From: Candidatus Undinarchaeales archaeon
GTDB lineage: Archaea > SpSt-1190 > JASMDC01
NCBI GenBank assembly: GCA_030753015.1
Contig: JASMDC010000046.1
Span: 1 to 27,361 of the forward strand
Length of the DNA: 27,361 nucleotides
Direction: 5' to 3'
Below the pieces are notes generated by a model. That model was not told where the DNA came from. It worked only from the letters and a program-made list of their open reading frames with translations, and did no database searches. The position numbers and the translations under genes are program-made. Shown here in pieces: positions 26,389-27,361 of this stretch; positions within the stretch are counted from its first letter, which is position 1, and every line of letters starts with the position of its first letter.

Positions 26389-27255
26389 GTGCCCATCACG
26401 CATGTGATCCTCGACTGGGATGGTACGATCACCGACATCGATCGCGAGTCGCAGTCATTCCAAGAGCTCTATCCTCAGCTCTTCTGTGAGCGTCTAGGCA
26501 TCGATCAGGAGACCTACCGCACCATGTTCGATGAGCTACGGGATGATGTGCTCAGTGATCCCGGACTGGGCTTCGAAATACTCGGCTATGATGTGGTCCC
26601 TGCAGCGGCCGATCCGTACCTATTGACCCAGAAGACCATCCAGGTGACGCTCCAGCAGCTACGGGACGGGAGCCTCGATGTCCCGCACGCGGACCTTCCC
26701 GATGACGAGAGCGCCTTCCTGATCGACCTGTACAAGGACGCGGTCGGACGAGCTGAGAACGAAGCGTACTTCAGGGATGGGAAGGACGCCACCAAGCGGT
26801 TCCTTGATGACCTCATCACGCACAAGGACGTCGCAATCGTGACGAACTCGAGCACGGCGAAGGTCGAGGCCCAGCTCGGTGAGCTAGGCTACACGAACGA
26901 TGACATTTCACACTTCACGATCAGAGGTAACGCAAAGAAGCTCTTCGTTACCCCATCGTACGACAGCCTCCCCGACGAGGTGACACCGCCCGGATTTCCG
27001 AGAGCTGTCCAACTTCGGAGGGGCCACTACAACGATGTACTCACGGACCTGGAACAGCAGGGCTACTCGCCGGAGAGCACGGCGGTGGTCGGCGACTGCT
27101 ACGAGCTAGACCTCGCCCTCCCAGAGGTTCTTGGCTATGCCACCGTCCAGTTCGCCACGCCATTCACACCGGAGCACGAGAGAGCCTACAACGAGGGCAA
27201 GGGACCGACCTGCTTCGTTCGGACTTACGGTGAGCTGAGCGAAGCGCTCTGCTAG
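26389..27255 (+). CDS. HAD superfamily hydrolase
   Basis: Motif I VILDWDGTITD, motif II IVTNS, motif III AKK, motif IV VVGDCYELDL. Confidence 0.88.
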   Translation: MPITHVILDWDGTITDIDRESQSFQELYPQLFCERLGIDQETYRTMFDELRDDVLSDPGLGFEILGYDVVPAAADPYLLTQKTIQVTLQQLRDGSLDVPHADLPDDESAFLIDLYKDAVGRAENEAYFRDGKDATKRFLDDLITHKDVAIVTNSSTAKVEAQLGELGYTNDDISHFTIRGNAKKLFVTPSYDSLPDEVTPPGFPRAVQLRRGHYNDVLTDLEQQGYSPESTAVVGDCYELDLALPEVLGYATVQFATPFTPEHERAYNEGKGPTCFVRTYGELSEALC

Positions 27256-27261
27256 GTACCA

Positions 27262-27361
27262 GTGAACTACCCCTAGCTGACGCAAGGGGCTTCCCGCTTC
27301 GACGCTGTTTCCAGCTCCACGGGCGCATCGGGTGGTCCCCACCCTGAGCGATCCTGAATGT
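27262..27361 (-). mobile_element. IS200/IS605-family right end / tnpB 3' end with reRNA (omegaRNA) scaffold, running off the window
   Basis: Minus strand reads ...GCCCGTGGAG...GTCGAAGCGGGAAGCCCCTTGCGTCAGCTAGGGGTAGTTCAC, the usual tnpB-element terminus with subterminal hairpin and TCAC end. Confidence 0.75.

Noticed and set aside
1-27361. CRISPR array, rRNA or tRNA genes
   Set aside because: No regularly spaced direct repeats or RNA-gene signatures found by eye

Overview
Gene-dense, GC-rich archaeal chromosomal window: TATA-box promoters about 25-30 nt ahead of mostly leaderless starts, and two methanogenesis-marker families. The main observation is a divergent gene cluster at 16.9-24.2 kb. 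It joins the known coenzyme B (CoB) chain-elongation genes (homocitrate synthase AksA-like, homoisocitrate dehydrogenase AksF-like) to four functionally unassigned enzymes: Mmp11 (TiaS-kinase-like DDTD domain), MtxX/Mmp4 (phosphotransacylase fold), a ThDP-dependent enzyme, and a radical SAM protein with a second Cys cluster. Their predicted chemistries match the four CoB steps that, to my knowledge, have no assigned genes; this match is inference. Also present: rtcA, a SerA-like dehydrogenase, an M20 peptidase, a 44-aa zinc-finger ORF missing from the ORF track, a C13-like cysteine peptidase, two GT-C glycosyltransferases, three tandem membrane-protein paralogs each with its own promoter, a back-to-back lrp/glnA deletion scar, glmM-glmU, a B12-binding radical SAM enzyme, a Cys-repeat transglutaminase-like lipoprotein, a HAD hydrolase and two IS200/IS605 (tnpB-type) right-end sequences. 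All calls are from motif recognition by eye; no searches were run.
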